Below are positions 29,547 through 38,398 of a stretch of DNA of 64,000 nt, piece by piece. Position numbers and translations under genes: made by a program. The notes under the pieces were generated by a model. It was not told the DNA's origin. It searched no databases and saw only the letters and a program-made list of their open reading frames with translations. Source of the stretch: Candidatus Sumerlaeia bacterium (GTDB taxonomy: Bacteria; Sumerlaeota; Sumerlaeia; SLMS01; JANRJK01). Where the stretch lies: positions 20,402 through 84,401 of the forward strand of contig JANRJK010000043.1 of NCBI GenBank assembly GCA_033764015.1. The letters are read 5' to 3'. Position 1 is the first letter of the stretch, and every line of letters starts with the position of its first letter.

Positions 29547-30323
29547 CTACCGCTTGAGGTGCTCTCTGAAGACCTCGTCGAGGGGACCGATCCCCCAGCA
29601 CTCGCGTGGCGCCAAGGTCCGCGCGGCCGCCTCGAGGGCCGGGAGCGACTCGCCGAAGAACGAGGCGAGTTCATGAGGGAGAACGATCGGAGCCTTCTCC
29701 AGCGCGTGGGTCTTCTGGGCCATGAGGTCCTCCACGAGCCCGCGAATGGCGATGACCTCCCGCGACGGGGTCTCGCGCAGGATGACCGCGAAATCCGTTG
29801 GCGGTTGGCCGCCGAGATCCCTGATCCAGGCGGCCGCGGCCAGCGGGCGGATCACGTAGAAGGCCTTCTTGATGCTGATGCGATCACCCTCGAGGTGATG
29901 GTGGATGATCTGGCGGGCGAGCCCGAGATAGTGAAGCATGGCCTTCCGCGGCTCGAAGTAGGCAGGTAGCAGCTCGCGCATCCGCGACAGGAACGCGTCC
30001 TCCTGCCGGTAGGCAATCGGGCTGAGCAGCCACTCGTTCATCGACGCGTTGCACCCTTTGAACAGGCGCAGCGCCTTTCGCAATTCCCAGCCAGCGAGGT
30101 CGATTTTCGAGGCGTCGTCGAGACTCAGGAAGTTGTCGGGCTCCTCGCGCAGTGAGAGGTAAGCGTCGGCAGTGTGGCTGTAGATTGTCCGCACGTCGTA
30201 GTCGCTGTCCGGGGATGCGAATCCCCACGCCCGACTGCCGGACTCGCACGCGTAGAGCAGCCGGATGCCTCGAGCCGTCTCCTCGCCTTCCAACTTCTCC
30301 AGGATCAAATCATGAATGCGCAC
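29547..30323 (-). CDS. YcgL/RlaP-like nucleotidyltransferase (Nuc-transf, PF10127-type)
   Basis: LYACESGSRAWGFASPDSDYDVR, DLAGWELRKALRL, EWLLSPI.Y and KKAFYVIRP motifs. Confidence 0.9.
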   Translation of the reverse strand: MRIHDLILEKLEGEETARGIRLLYACESGSRAWGFASPDSDYDVRTIYSHTADAYLSLREEPDNFLSLDDASKIDLAGWELRKALRLFKGCNASMNEWLLSPIAYRQEDAFLSRMRELLPAYFEPRKAMLHYLGLARQIIHHHLEGDRISIKKAFYVIRPLAAAAWIRDLGGQPPTDFAVILRETPSREVIAIRGLVEDLMAQKTHALEKAPIVLPHELASFFGESLPALEAAARTLAPRECWGIGPLDEVFREHLKR

Positions 30324-31410
30324 TTTCCCACTCCTTGGTCAGGTCCCGGACCAAGTCGTCGATCGCGGCGAGGTCCGGTGCCTCGGGGAGCGGCGACTCG
30401 GGAAGGAGCGCCTCCAGCGACCGCGTGCGCCGCTCCGCCTCTTCGATCAGTTCCTCGTAGCGGAACGATCCATTGCGGACCGCCAACAGGAAGTCGCGGT
30501 CGGCCCCTTCGAAGCGCACCCGGGGAGCCCCCTCGCGCAGCATGCTTTCGGCGGCCAGCAGAAGGCGAAAGGTGTGCATCAGGTTCTTCGCGTCGTAATC
30601 GAGGGCGCCCCGTTCCTGATCCTGCCAACGGGACTCGTTCCTCTCCGAGCGCCAAGCCCAGTAGTTGCGGTGGTCCCGCAGAGCGGCTTCATGCGCTTGC
30701 CGGTTGAACAGCAAGAGCCCCGCGAAGCGTCGCCCTTCCTCCGCGAGCGGGATGGACTCCATCACGAGGTTTCCGCCGCGGAAGACGCCGCGCGCCCCGC
30801 GCCCGAAGTGGTAGAGCCGATACACTTCAAGGGAATGCTCCAGTGCGGCGGCGTGGCATTCCTCCAATTCGATCCCCGACTCCGCCACGGGGACGGGGCG
30901 CATCGGTGGGTCGGCGCTTGCGGCCGCGCGCGCAATGAACCAGCAGAAATCCTCCTGCCGAGGCGGGTCCTCGGGCTGCGGGCGGTTCACCCACTTGTTC
31001 TGTCCGCGCGCCTTGCGAATCTGCGCATTCGCGTAGGCGACGTGCGACTGGTAGCAGGCGCGGCTGAGGAAGAGCGTCCGGGCCTCCAGCAACCGGCGTC
31101 CCACACTCGAAACGCGAAGCAGGCAATCCTCCGGAGCGAAGAGAAGCTCCAGCATGTTCGGGTTCGCGCCGGAGGCGAGCTCGGCAAACCGCCGGAGTGC
31201 GAAGTACGCGGTATCGCCGCGCGGATCGGAAAGCTGGTTCGGAACGGCGCCAAGGCCCAGATAGGCCGCCGCTGGTAGCGCGAAGACCCCTCGGATGTCG
31301 CGGTCGGAGCCCGGCCGGTTCAGGCCGCACGCAGTGCTACCGGCAACGCACTCCAGAAGGATGAAGTGCGGGGCGGCGAGTAGGGAGTCGAACGAGTCCG
31401 GGATGCGCAT
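30310..31410 (-). CDS. RlaP-like nucleotidyltransferase (long form)
   Basis: ATG at 31410; GSTACGL...SDRDIRGVF, NPNMLELL, AQIRKARGQNKW, YWAW...RNE.R and YDAKNLMHTFRLL motifs. Confidence 0.88.
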   Translation of the reverse strand: MRIPDSFDSLLAAPHFILLECVAGSTACGLNRPGSDRDIRGVFALPAAAYLGLGAVPNQLSDPRGDTAYFALRRFAELASGANPNMLELLFAPEDCLLRVSSVGRRLLEARTLFLSRACYQSHVAYANAQIRKARGQNKWVNRPQPEDPPRQEDFCWFIARAAASADPPMRPVPVAESGIELEECHAAALEHSLEVYRLYHFGRGARGVFRGGNLVMESIPLAEEGRRFAGLLLFNRQAHEAALRDHRNYWAWRSERNESRWQDQERGALDYDAKNLMHTFRLLLAAESMLREGAPRVRFEGADRDFLLAVRNGSFRYEELIEEAERRTRSLEALLPESPLPEAPDLAAIDDLVRDLTKEWESAHS

Positions 31411-31676
31411 CGATGAAGCCGCGGATGGCGTTCCCGCATCGTCCTCCACAGTATCCGAAGGGCCAGCGGAACCGCGCCGCGAAGGAGCTGCCTCCGGGGC
31501 TCGTCGCCCACCCTCTCGCGATGGTCCTGCGCACGGCACGACCTCGGATCGAACTCGCGCACAGCTCACTCATGCGCCCACCTTCCGCATCGCTCCTCGG
31601 CGAGGCGGACGAAGTTTGGGTGGCCGATGTCTGCCCGGGAAGGAATGACCGGGGGGGCACAGATACAGGTCGCTGA

Positions 31677-32546
31677 GAGCCCATCCGAAAAGTTCTTGAG
31701 GCTGTAGCGCCGGGTGTTTCCCGCTCGGCGCATGACGACCCGACCGAAGTACCCCAGCGACCTTCCCGACGCCGAGTGGGCCATCCTCGAGCCCCTCGTG
31801 CCCCCAGCCAAGCCCGGCGGGCGGCCCCGCAAGACCGACATGCGCGCCGTGCTCGACGCCTGCCTTTACCTCTCGCGCACCGGCTGCCAGTGGGGCGCGC
31901 TCCCGAAGACCTACCCGCCCAAGAGCACCGTCCACGAGTACTACAGCGCGTGGCGCAAGGACGGAACCTGGCAGGCGATCCACGACGCGCTCCGCGCCAA
32001 GGTGCGCCAGCGAGCCGGCAAGGACCCCGAACCCAGCGCCGCCATCATCGACTCCCAGTCCGTGAAAACCACGGAAAAAGGGGGCCCGAGCGCGGGTACG
32101 ACGCCGGAAAAAAGGTGAAGGGGCGCAAGCGCCACATCCTCGTCGACACGCTCGGGATGCTGCTCGAAGCCATGGTGACGGGCGCAAACGTTCCCGACCG
32201 GGACGGCGCGCGGCTGCTGCTGGCCGCGACCGAGGGGCGCCATCCGCGCCTCGCGAAAGTCTACGCGGACTCGGCATACAGCGGCGGTCCGCTGGCGGGC
32301 TTCGCCGCCTTCTTCGGCGCCCGCGCCATCGAGGTCGTCCCCCGGCGCCCGGACCGGAGAGGCTTCGAGCCATTGCAGAAGCGCTGGATCGACGTGCGCA
32401 CCTTCGCATGGCTCGTGCGCTGCCGCAGACTGGCAAAGGACCTCGAACACACCATCTCGAGCGCCCGCGCGCAGCTGCATGTCCGCATGATCGGCGTCAT
32501 GCTCCGCAGGCTCGCGAGGGGGTAGGGAGGCTTTCCGGATGGGCTC
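31677..32546 (+). mobile_element. IS5-family insertion sequence (IS1031-like group), 870 bp
   Basis: Terminal inverted repeats GAGCCCATCCGAAAAG (31677-31692) and CTTTCCGGATGGGCTC (32531-32546), one mismatch; flanked by TGA and TAA. Confidence 0.92.
31732..32525 (+). CDS. IS5-family transposase in two frames joined by a -1 frameshift; probably inactive
   Basis: ORF A YPSDL.DAEW..GGRPR..TGCQW..IIDSQSVKTTEKGG; ORF B RGYDAGKKVKGRKRHILVDTLG..YADSAY; A5G5 slippery run at 32075-32084; canonical RWxVERT reads RWIDVRT. Confidence 0.88.
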
Positions 32547-32670
32547 TAAGGGCCCTTGATCATCCGTTGAAGTGCCACGCCCCGGCTCGCGGGGTTCTTG
32601 GTAGGGGAGACTTCCGCACTCCCTTGGATTTGTCGGGAGCGGTGGGCGGCCGCTACGATCGCGTGTGCCT

Positions 32671-33591
32671 CTAAAACGCGTTCGCCTTCGCCAGCGCAGC
32701 CAGCGTTCGGTTCACGAGGGCGGCCGCCACGCTTTCGTAGGCGGGGTTTCCCGGAATGGGGGCGAGGCCGCAGAAGTCGATGCCGAGGATCCGCTTCGTC
32801 CCCGCGAAGGATGTCAGGATGTTGCCGAGGAAGTCCATCGAGAGGCCGAAGGCGACCGGTTGCTCGACGGCGGGGAACTGGAGCGGGTCGAGCGCCGAGA
32901 AGTCGACGGAGATGTAGACGTCGCCGGCGAAGTGGCGGCCGAGCTCGAAGGCCGCGCGCACCGGGTCCATCGCCGCGAGGCCGCGCGCGGTCATGAACGG
33001 GATGCGCTCCGAAAGGAGCGACCGGAACTCCGACTCGGACATGCCGCGGATGCCGGCAAGCACCGTCGGCACGCCCATGGTCCGGACGGAGCGCGTGAAC
33101 CAGTTGGAGACCGCCCCGAACGTTTCGCCCTCGTTCTGAAGGTGGCGGTGCGCGTCGATCTGGAGGACGCCGAAGCGGCAGCCGCGGCGGTGCAGCGCCT
33201 CGACCGCGCCCAGCCCCGCGAGCCGATCGGCGCCGATGATCACCGGAAAGCGCCCGGTGGTGTGCGTGCGGTCCACATAGGCGTAGACCTCGCGCTGCAT
33301 CACCTCGTGGCGCTCGGCTTGGATCGGCGAGATGGTGTAGATGCCACGGGAGGACGGATCGAGGCCCGACTCCTCCTCGTAGCCTCCGATCCAGTTGGAG
33401 ACTTCGAGGAGCGCGCGGGGCCCGATGCGCGCCCGGCGCGAGCTGTCCGGCGCCCAGGTGACCGGCATCACGATGGCGCGCGCGGCCTTGCGCGACGCCT
33501 CCGTCCGCGGCAGGCCGCGGAACGCCGGCCACGAGGTCGGCACCGAGGAGAGTTCCTCGCGGGTGACGCGGAATCGCGAGTCGGGTTTCAC
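32671..33591 (-). CDS. Arginase/agmatinase-fold protein with degenerate metal site
   Basis: GP.ALLEVS, IGADRL, QIDAH, GIR, DVYISVDFSALDP...PAV..P..FGL and GIDFCGLAP follow the ureohydrolase scaffold. Confidence 0.85.
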   Translation of the reverse strand: MKPDSRFRVTREELSSVPTSWPAFRGLPRTEASRKAARAIVMPVTWAPDSSRRARIGPRALLEVSNWIGGYEEESGLDPSSRGIYTISPIQAERHEVMQREVYAYVDRTHTTGRFPVIIGADRLAGLGAVEALHRRGCRFGVLQIDAHRHLQNEGETFGAVSNWFTRSVRTMGVPTVLAGIRGMSESEFRSLLSERIPFMTARGLAAMDPVRAAFELGRHFAGDVYISVDFSALDPLQFPAVEQPVAFGLSMDFLGNILTSFAGTKRILGIDFCGLAPIPGNPAYESVAAALVNRTLAALAKANAF

Positions 33592-33598
33592 CCGGGCC

Positions 33599-35689
33599 TC
33601 AGTGCGACAGCGACGGCGGCGGCGGGATCTGCGGCGCCACCGCGTCGTCGTCCGCCGCGCCGCCTTCGCGTTCGCGCTGCGCCTTCGCGATCATGTCGAG
33701 CGAGCGGCGCACCGACTCGCGCTCCTGGATGATCGACTCCTCCGTCTCCGGATGCGTCTGCCGGTTGACCTCTTCGAAGCTGGTGACGCCGTAGCACACC
33801 TTCAGCCAGCCGTCCTGGCGCATGGTCATCATGCCTTCGTGCACGGCGAGCGCGTGCAGGTCGTCGGCGGTCGAGCGCTGCAGGATCAGCTCGCGGATCG
33901 TGTCGGACACCTGCAGCACTTCGAAGAGGCCGATACGGCCGCGGTAGCCGCTGCGGTTGCACTCGTCGCAGCCGCGCCCGGTGCTGAAGGCGATGTCGGC
34001 GACTTCCGCGCGGGTGACGCCGAACGCCTCGAGTTCCTCGTCGCTGGCGATGTACTCCGTGCGGCAGCGCTGGCAGATCGTGCGGACCAGGCGCTGGCCG
34101 ACGACGGCCTGCAGCGTCGAGGTGAGCAGGAAGGGCTCGATGCCCATGTCCACGAGGCGGTTCACCGTGGCGGCGGCGGAGTTCGTATGCGTCGTCGACA
34201 GCACCAAGTGACCCGTGAGCGCGGCCTGCACGGCGATGGAGGCCGTCTCGACGTCGCGGATTTCACCGACCAGGATCACGTCCGGGTCCTGGCGCAGGAT
34301 GCATCGCAGGCACGCGGCGAAGGTAAGGCCGACGGCGGAGTTCACGCTCACCTGCACGATGCCGGGCAATTCGTACTCCACCGGGTCTTCCACGGTGATG
34401 AACTTGTGGCCCGGATCGAAGACCTCCGTCAGCACCGAGTAGAGCGTCGTCGTCTTTCCGGAGCCCGTCGGGCCGGTGACGAGCACGATGCCGTTCGGGC
34501 GCTTGCAGGTCTTGAGGAAGGGAGTGAGCACCTCCTGCTGCATGCCGAGCTGCGAGACGCCGATCATCATGTTCGTCTTGTCGAGCACGCGCATCACGAT
34601 CGACTCGCCGTGCACCGTGGGGACCGACGCGACGCGGAGGTCGATCTCGCGTCCGTTGATCGAGAGGCGGATGCGTCCGTCCTGCGCCTTGCGCGACTCG
34701 GAGATGTTGAGGTTCGCCATGACCTTGATGCGGGAAATCAGGCCGAGCTGGAGGTTCTTGGGCGGCGAGGGGATCTCGCGCAGCACGCCGTCCACGCGGT
34801 AGCGGATGCGCACCGAGTTGGCGAAGGGCTCGATGTGGAGGTCGGAGGCGTTGTCCTGGATCGCCTGCAGCATGAGCAGGTTGACCAGCTTGATGACGGG
34901 CGGGTCGTTGGCGAGCGCCTCGACGTTGATTTCGACTTCATTGCCCTTGATGATGGCGCCTTCGTTCTTGCCGGCGTCCTCGTCCCCGAGATTGTCGATG
35001 ACGGTTTCGAGCGACTCGTCGCCGACGCCGTAGTGGCGGTCGATCGCGTCGACGATCTCGTCCTCGGGGCAGACGACGATGTCGATCTCGTGCTCCGGGA
35101 GCATGAGGCGGATGTCGTCGATGATCGTGACGTTGTGCGGGTCGCTGATGGCGATGAGGAGCGTCGGGAGGCCGCGCGCCGACTTGGCGGGGATCTCGTC
35201 CACCGGGAAGATGCGCTTGTCGCGGGCCGTGACGGAGGGAATGAACGAGACCAGCCGGGCGACCTTCTGCTCGTCGGTGAGGTCGAACTCGCGGATGCTG
35301 CGGAACTGGTGGCCCGCGCGGAGCGTCAGCGAGCGGATCAGTTCCTCGGGATCCGTCACCATGTCGGCGGCGTCGACGTCGGGTAGCGAGAACGTGCCCA
35401 TGAAGCCGCCGCTGTCGAAGGAAGGCTGCATGCTGGCGATCTTCCCGGCCATCTCGTGGCCCGGAATGGTCGACTGGCCCTTCCCCGGGCCGCCGATCTT
35501 CGCCGCCGCCTCGTGGCCGCCCATCGACGGGCTCTTGTCGAAGCCGCGCCCCGGCAGCCGCGCGGCCATCTCGGAAGCGAGATTCTTCGGCACCGAGCGC
35601 TTCTTCGTGTCCACGCCCCCTTCGACCCTAAGGAGGATGTCGAGTTCCTTCGAGGCGCTTTTGTAGGACTCTTCGGGGGACTGGCTCAT
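33599..35689 (-). CDS. GspE/PilB family secretion/pilus assembly ATPase
   Basis: ASDLHIEP, RYRVDG, QDGR, Walker A TGPTGSGKTTTLY, TVEDPVE, LRQDPDVILVGEIRD, TGHLVLSTTH, and CxxC...CxxC. Confidence 0.95.
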   Translation of the reverse strand: MSQSPEESYKSASKELDILLRVEGGVDTKKRSVPKNLASEMAARLPGRGFDKSPSMGGHEAAAKIGGPGKGQSTIPGHEMAGKIASMQPSFDSGGFMGTFSLPDVDAADMVTDPEELIRSLTLRAGHQFRSIREFDLTDEQKVARLVSFIPSVTARDKRIFPVDEIPAKSARGLPTLLIAISDPHNVTIIDDIRLMLPEHEIDIVVCPEDEIVDAIDRHYGVGDESLETVIDNLGDEDAGKNEGAIIKGNEVEINVEALANDPPVIKLVNLLMLQAIQDNASDLHIEPFANSVRIRYRVDGVLREIPSPPKNLQLGLISRIKVMANLNISESRKAQDGRIRLSINGREIDLRVASVPTVHGESIVMRVLDKTNMMIGVSQLGMQQEVLTPFLKTCKRPNGIVLVTGPTGSGKTTTLYSVLTEVFDPGHKFITVEDPVEYELPGIVQVSVNSAVGLTFAACLRCILRQDPDVILVGEIRDVETASIAVQAALTGHLVLSTTHTNSAAATVNRLVDMGIEPFLLTSTLQAVVGQRLVRTICQRCRTEYIASDEELEAFGVTRAEVADIAFSTGRGCDECNRSGYRGRIGLFEVLQVSDTIRELILQRSTADDLHALAVHEGMMTMRQDGWLKVCYGVTSFEEVNRQTHPETEESIIQERESVRRSLDMIAKAQREREGGAADDDAVAPQIPPPPSLSH

Positions 35690-35860
35690 CGCGTGGGGCC
35701 TCCGGCTGGGTCGGGGCGCCCTCTAGGCGCACCCGTGCCCAGTCAAGATAGGACTGGCCGATCTGGTTTCCAACTGGTTTTTGAGTTGCCGCCAACTTGG
35801 CTGGCGGGGCTGGACAGCGTTGCCGGGGCGGTGCTCTGCTCCGCCCTCCGCCGAATCCCA

Positions 35861-37615
35861 ATGAACGATCCCGAACCCGCCGAAGGCTCCTCCGCACCGT
35901 CCCGCCGCTGGACCGCGCCGCTCGCCGCAGGCGTGGCGGGCGGCGTCGCCTCCGGGGCGTACCTCGTGGTCGCCGCGCGCGCCCTGCTTTCGGCCGCGGG
36001 GCGTCCGCTCGTCGGCATCGACGACGCGTGCATCACGATGCGGTACGCGATCAACATCGCGAATGGTTTCGGCTTCGTGTACCAGGCTGGCGGCGAGCGG
36101 GTCGAAGGCGCGACATCGCTGCTCTGGACCTTGCTGTTGTCGCTCGCCGCGCGGGGAGATGCTCCCCAGATCACCGCGGCGACCATGCTGGTGGCCGCGA
36201 TCTCCGCGGCGCTGGGCTCGCTCGCGGCGGCGCTTGGGACCGCCTTGGAATCGGCCGGGGTGGAGTCGCCACGCTCGCGCGCCGCGCTGCTGGCGCCGAT
36301 GGGGCTGTGGATCGCCGCGCTGCCCAGCTACCCGGAGTGGGCGGTCATCTCGCTCATGGAGACCGGGCTCTGGTCGGCGCTTGCGGTCCTGCTGGCGGCG
36401 GAGACCGTCCGCGCCGCCGCCGGCGGTCTCGACAGGGGCATCGCCGCGCGCGCTGCGCTCTGGGGGGTGCTAGCCGTCGCGGCCCGTCCCGAAGCGCCGC
36501 TGCTGGTCGCGGGCAGCACGGCGATCCTGCTGGCGCTTGCCGGCTTGGGCGCATGGCGCCGGTTGCTCGTGGTATCGGCCATCCCCGCCGCGGCCTTTGC
36601 GGCGCTGATCGGCTGGCGAATCTGGTACTTTGGCGTGCCGCTTCCGAACACCTATTATGCGAAGGTGTCGCCGGACCTCGGTTACTCGCTCTCCGAGGGG
36701 TTCAAGTACCTCGGCGCGTTTCTGTCGTGGTCGCCGCTCGCCGCCGGCGCCGTTGCGGCGTCGGCCGCCGTGCTCGGGCGCCTCGCATGGCGGCGCGGCG
36801 TCGAAGGGGTGCCCGCGCGGCTCGCGCTGGCGGCATCTCTGTGGGTGCTCCTTGCGCTCGCGCTGCCTGTTTACGGAGGCGGAGACCACTTCAAGAACTT
36901 CCGCTTCTACCAGCCCTTCTGGCCGCTTTTCGGGCTGGCGCCCTGGTGCCTCGCCCTCTGGCTTGCGGTGTCCGGCCCAGCCACGCGCCGCGCCGGGATC
37001 GTCTTCGCGGCGCTCTTCGGGATCGCGGTGCTCGTCCACGGCGCCCGCGACTGGCGGCAGACGCTGCGCGAGGGACCCGGGATGTACAAGCACGAGGCGT
37101 GGCTCGCGATGGAAGGCTTCCACATCGGGCGCACGCTCAACAACTGGTTCGACGGGCGGCCGCTTCCGGGGCTCGCCGTCTACACGGCGGGGGGTGTTTC
37201 GCTGACCTACCAAGGGCCGCTCTTCGACACGCTCGGGTTGAACGACACCGAGGTGGCGCGCGCGCCGGGCGACCGCCGCGGGATGAAGAACCACGCCGCA
37301 TTCAACCCGGAGATCTTCAAGCGACGCCTGCCCGACCTGTACGCGCCCTTCACGCTCCGCAATCCGGAGGACGGGGAGGCTTGGGCCCAGTCGATCATCG
37401 GATTCCAGACGCTCTTCTCCAAAGGCATCGTGAACGACCAATGGTTCCGCGACAACTACGTGCCGGTACTGATCCCCATGGACATGCCCGACATGGCCGC
37501 GATGTTCGTGTACGCGCGGCCGGAACTGGTGCAGTGGATGATGGACGAGGGGCGCCCGGTGCGCGTGCTTTGGCGCCGCTGGTGGCTGGCGGGAGATCCG
37601 CCGCCGGCGCCGTGA
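35861..37615 (+). CDS. Multi-pass membrane protein, putative GT-C fold glycosyltransferase
   Basis: ATG at 35861; DDACITMRYA.N...G.G.VY..GERVEGATS.LW, METG, RPE, PLPNTYYAK, GGDHF...RF and DTLGLND motifs. Confidence 0.75.
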   Translation: MNDPEPAEGSSAPSRRWTAPLAAGVAGGVASGAYLVVAARALLSAAGRPLVGIDDACITMRYAINIANGFGFVYQAGGERVEGATSLLWTLLLSLAARGDAPQITAATMLVAAISAALGSLAAALGTALESAGVESPRSRAALLAPMGLWIAALPSYPEWAVISLMETGLWSALAVLLAAETVRAAAGGLDRGIAARAALWGVLAVAARPEAPLLVAGSTAILLALAGLGAWRRLLVVSAIPAAAFAALIGWRIWYFGVPLPNTYYAKVSPDLGYSLSEGFKYLGAFLSWSPLAAGAVAASAAVLGRLAWRRGVEGVPARLALAASLWVLLALALPVYGGGDHFKNFRFYQPFWPLFGLAPWCLALWLAVSGPATRRAGIVFAALFGIAVLVHGARDWRQTLREGPGMYKHEAWLAMEGFHIGRTLNNWFDGRPLPGLAVYTAGGVSLTYQGPLFDTLGLNDTEVARAPGDRRGMKNHAAFNPEIFKRRLPDLYAPFTLRNPEDGEAWAQSIIGFQTLFSKGIVNDQWFRDNYVPVLIPMDMPDMAAMFVYARPELVQWMMDEGRPVRVLWRRWWLAGDPPPAP

Positions 37616-37616
37616 G

Positions 37617-38381
37617 CTAGCCAAACAGGAAGCGGGTGAGGAGGAAGTTGGCCACCAGGACGCCGCTCAGCGACGTCACGACCGCCGCCGTCGTGGCGCG
37701 TCCGACGCCTTCCGCGCCCCCCCGCGTCGTGACGCCCATGTAGCAGCAGACGGTCGCGTAGGTCAGTCCGAAGACCACGGACTTGAAGAAGCCCTTGTAG
37801 ACTTCTTCCAGGGAGAGGGCGTCGAAGGTCTTAATCCAATAGATCTTCGAAGTGACGTTGAAGTAGTTCGTGGCGATGATCATGCCCCCCACGAACCCGA
37901 TGATGACGGAGTAGATCGTCAGGATCGGAGTCATCAGGAGGGCGGCGAGGATGCGCGGCATCACAAGGTAGCGCTCGGGCCGGATGCCGAGGACGCGGAG
38001 CACGTCGATCTCGTCGTTCACCGCCATGGTGCCCAGCTCCGCCGTCATGGCTGCGCCGACGCGGCCGGTGATGATGACCGCGGTGATGACCGGTCCCATT
38101 TCGCGCATGAGCGAGAGGGCGACGACTTGGGCGATGAGGACGGTCTGGCCGTAGGTCTGGAGCGCGAGGCCCGTGTTGAGGGCGAGCGTCATGCCGACGA
38201 AGGCGCCGATCAGGAGGGCGAGCGGCACCGTCTGGTAGCCGACGACCAGCATCTGCTGGAGGAGCCGCCTGCGGTCCTGGCGGCCGAAGGCGGTGTGCCT
38301 GAGCGCCGAGACGAGCAGCAGGCCCATGCCGCCGCTCGTCTCGAAAATGCGCTCGAAGCGCCGCTCGATGCCGTTGATCAT
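37617..38381 (-). CDS. mlaE: MlaE-family ABC transporter permease
   Basis: ATG at 38381; REMGPVITA...GRVGAAMTAELGTM.V.DEIDVL, YLVMPR and GGAEGVGRATT.AVV motifs. Confidence 0.92.
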   Translation of the reverse strand: MINGIERRFERIFETSGGMGLLLVSALRHTAFGRQDRRRLLQQMLVVGYQTVPLALLIGAFVGMTLALNTGLALQTYGQTVLIAQVVALSLMREMGPVITAVIITGRVGAAMTAELGTMAVNDEIDVLRVLGIRPERYLVMPRILAALLMTPILTIYSVIIGFVGGMIIATNYFNVTSKIYWIKTFDALSLEEVYKGFFKSVVFGLTYATVCCYMGVTTRGGAEGVGRATTAAVVTSLSGVLVANFLLTRFLFG

Positions 38382-38398
38382 GCGCGGGGGCGTCGGCG

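Noticed and set aside
31600..31673. SRP-RNA-like hairpin containing GGAAGGAA
   Set aside because: Lacks the conserved CAGG...AGCAG internal loop; pairing is imperfect and explainable by GC content.
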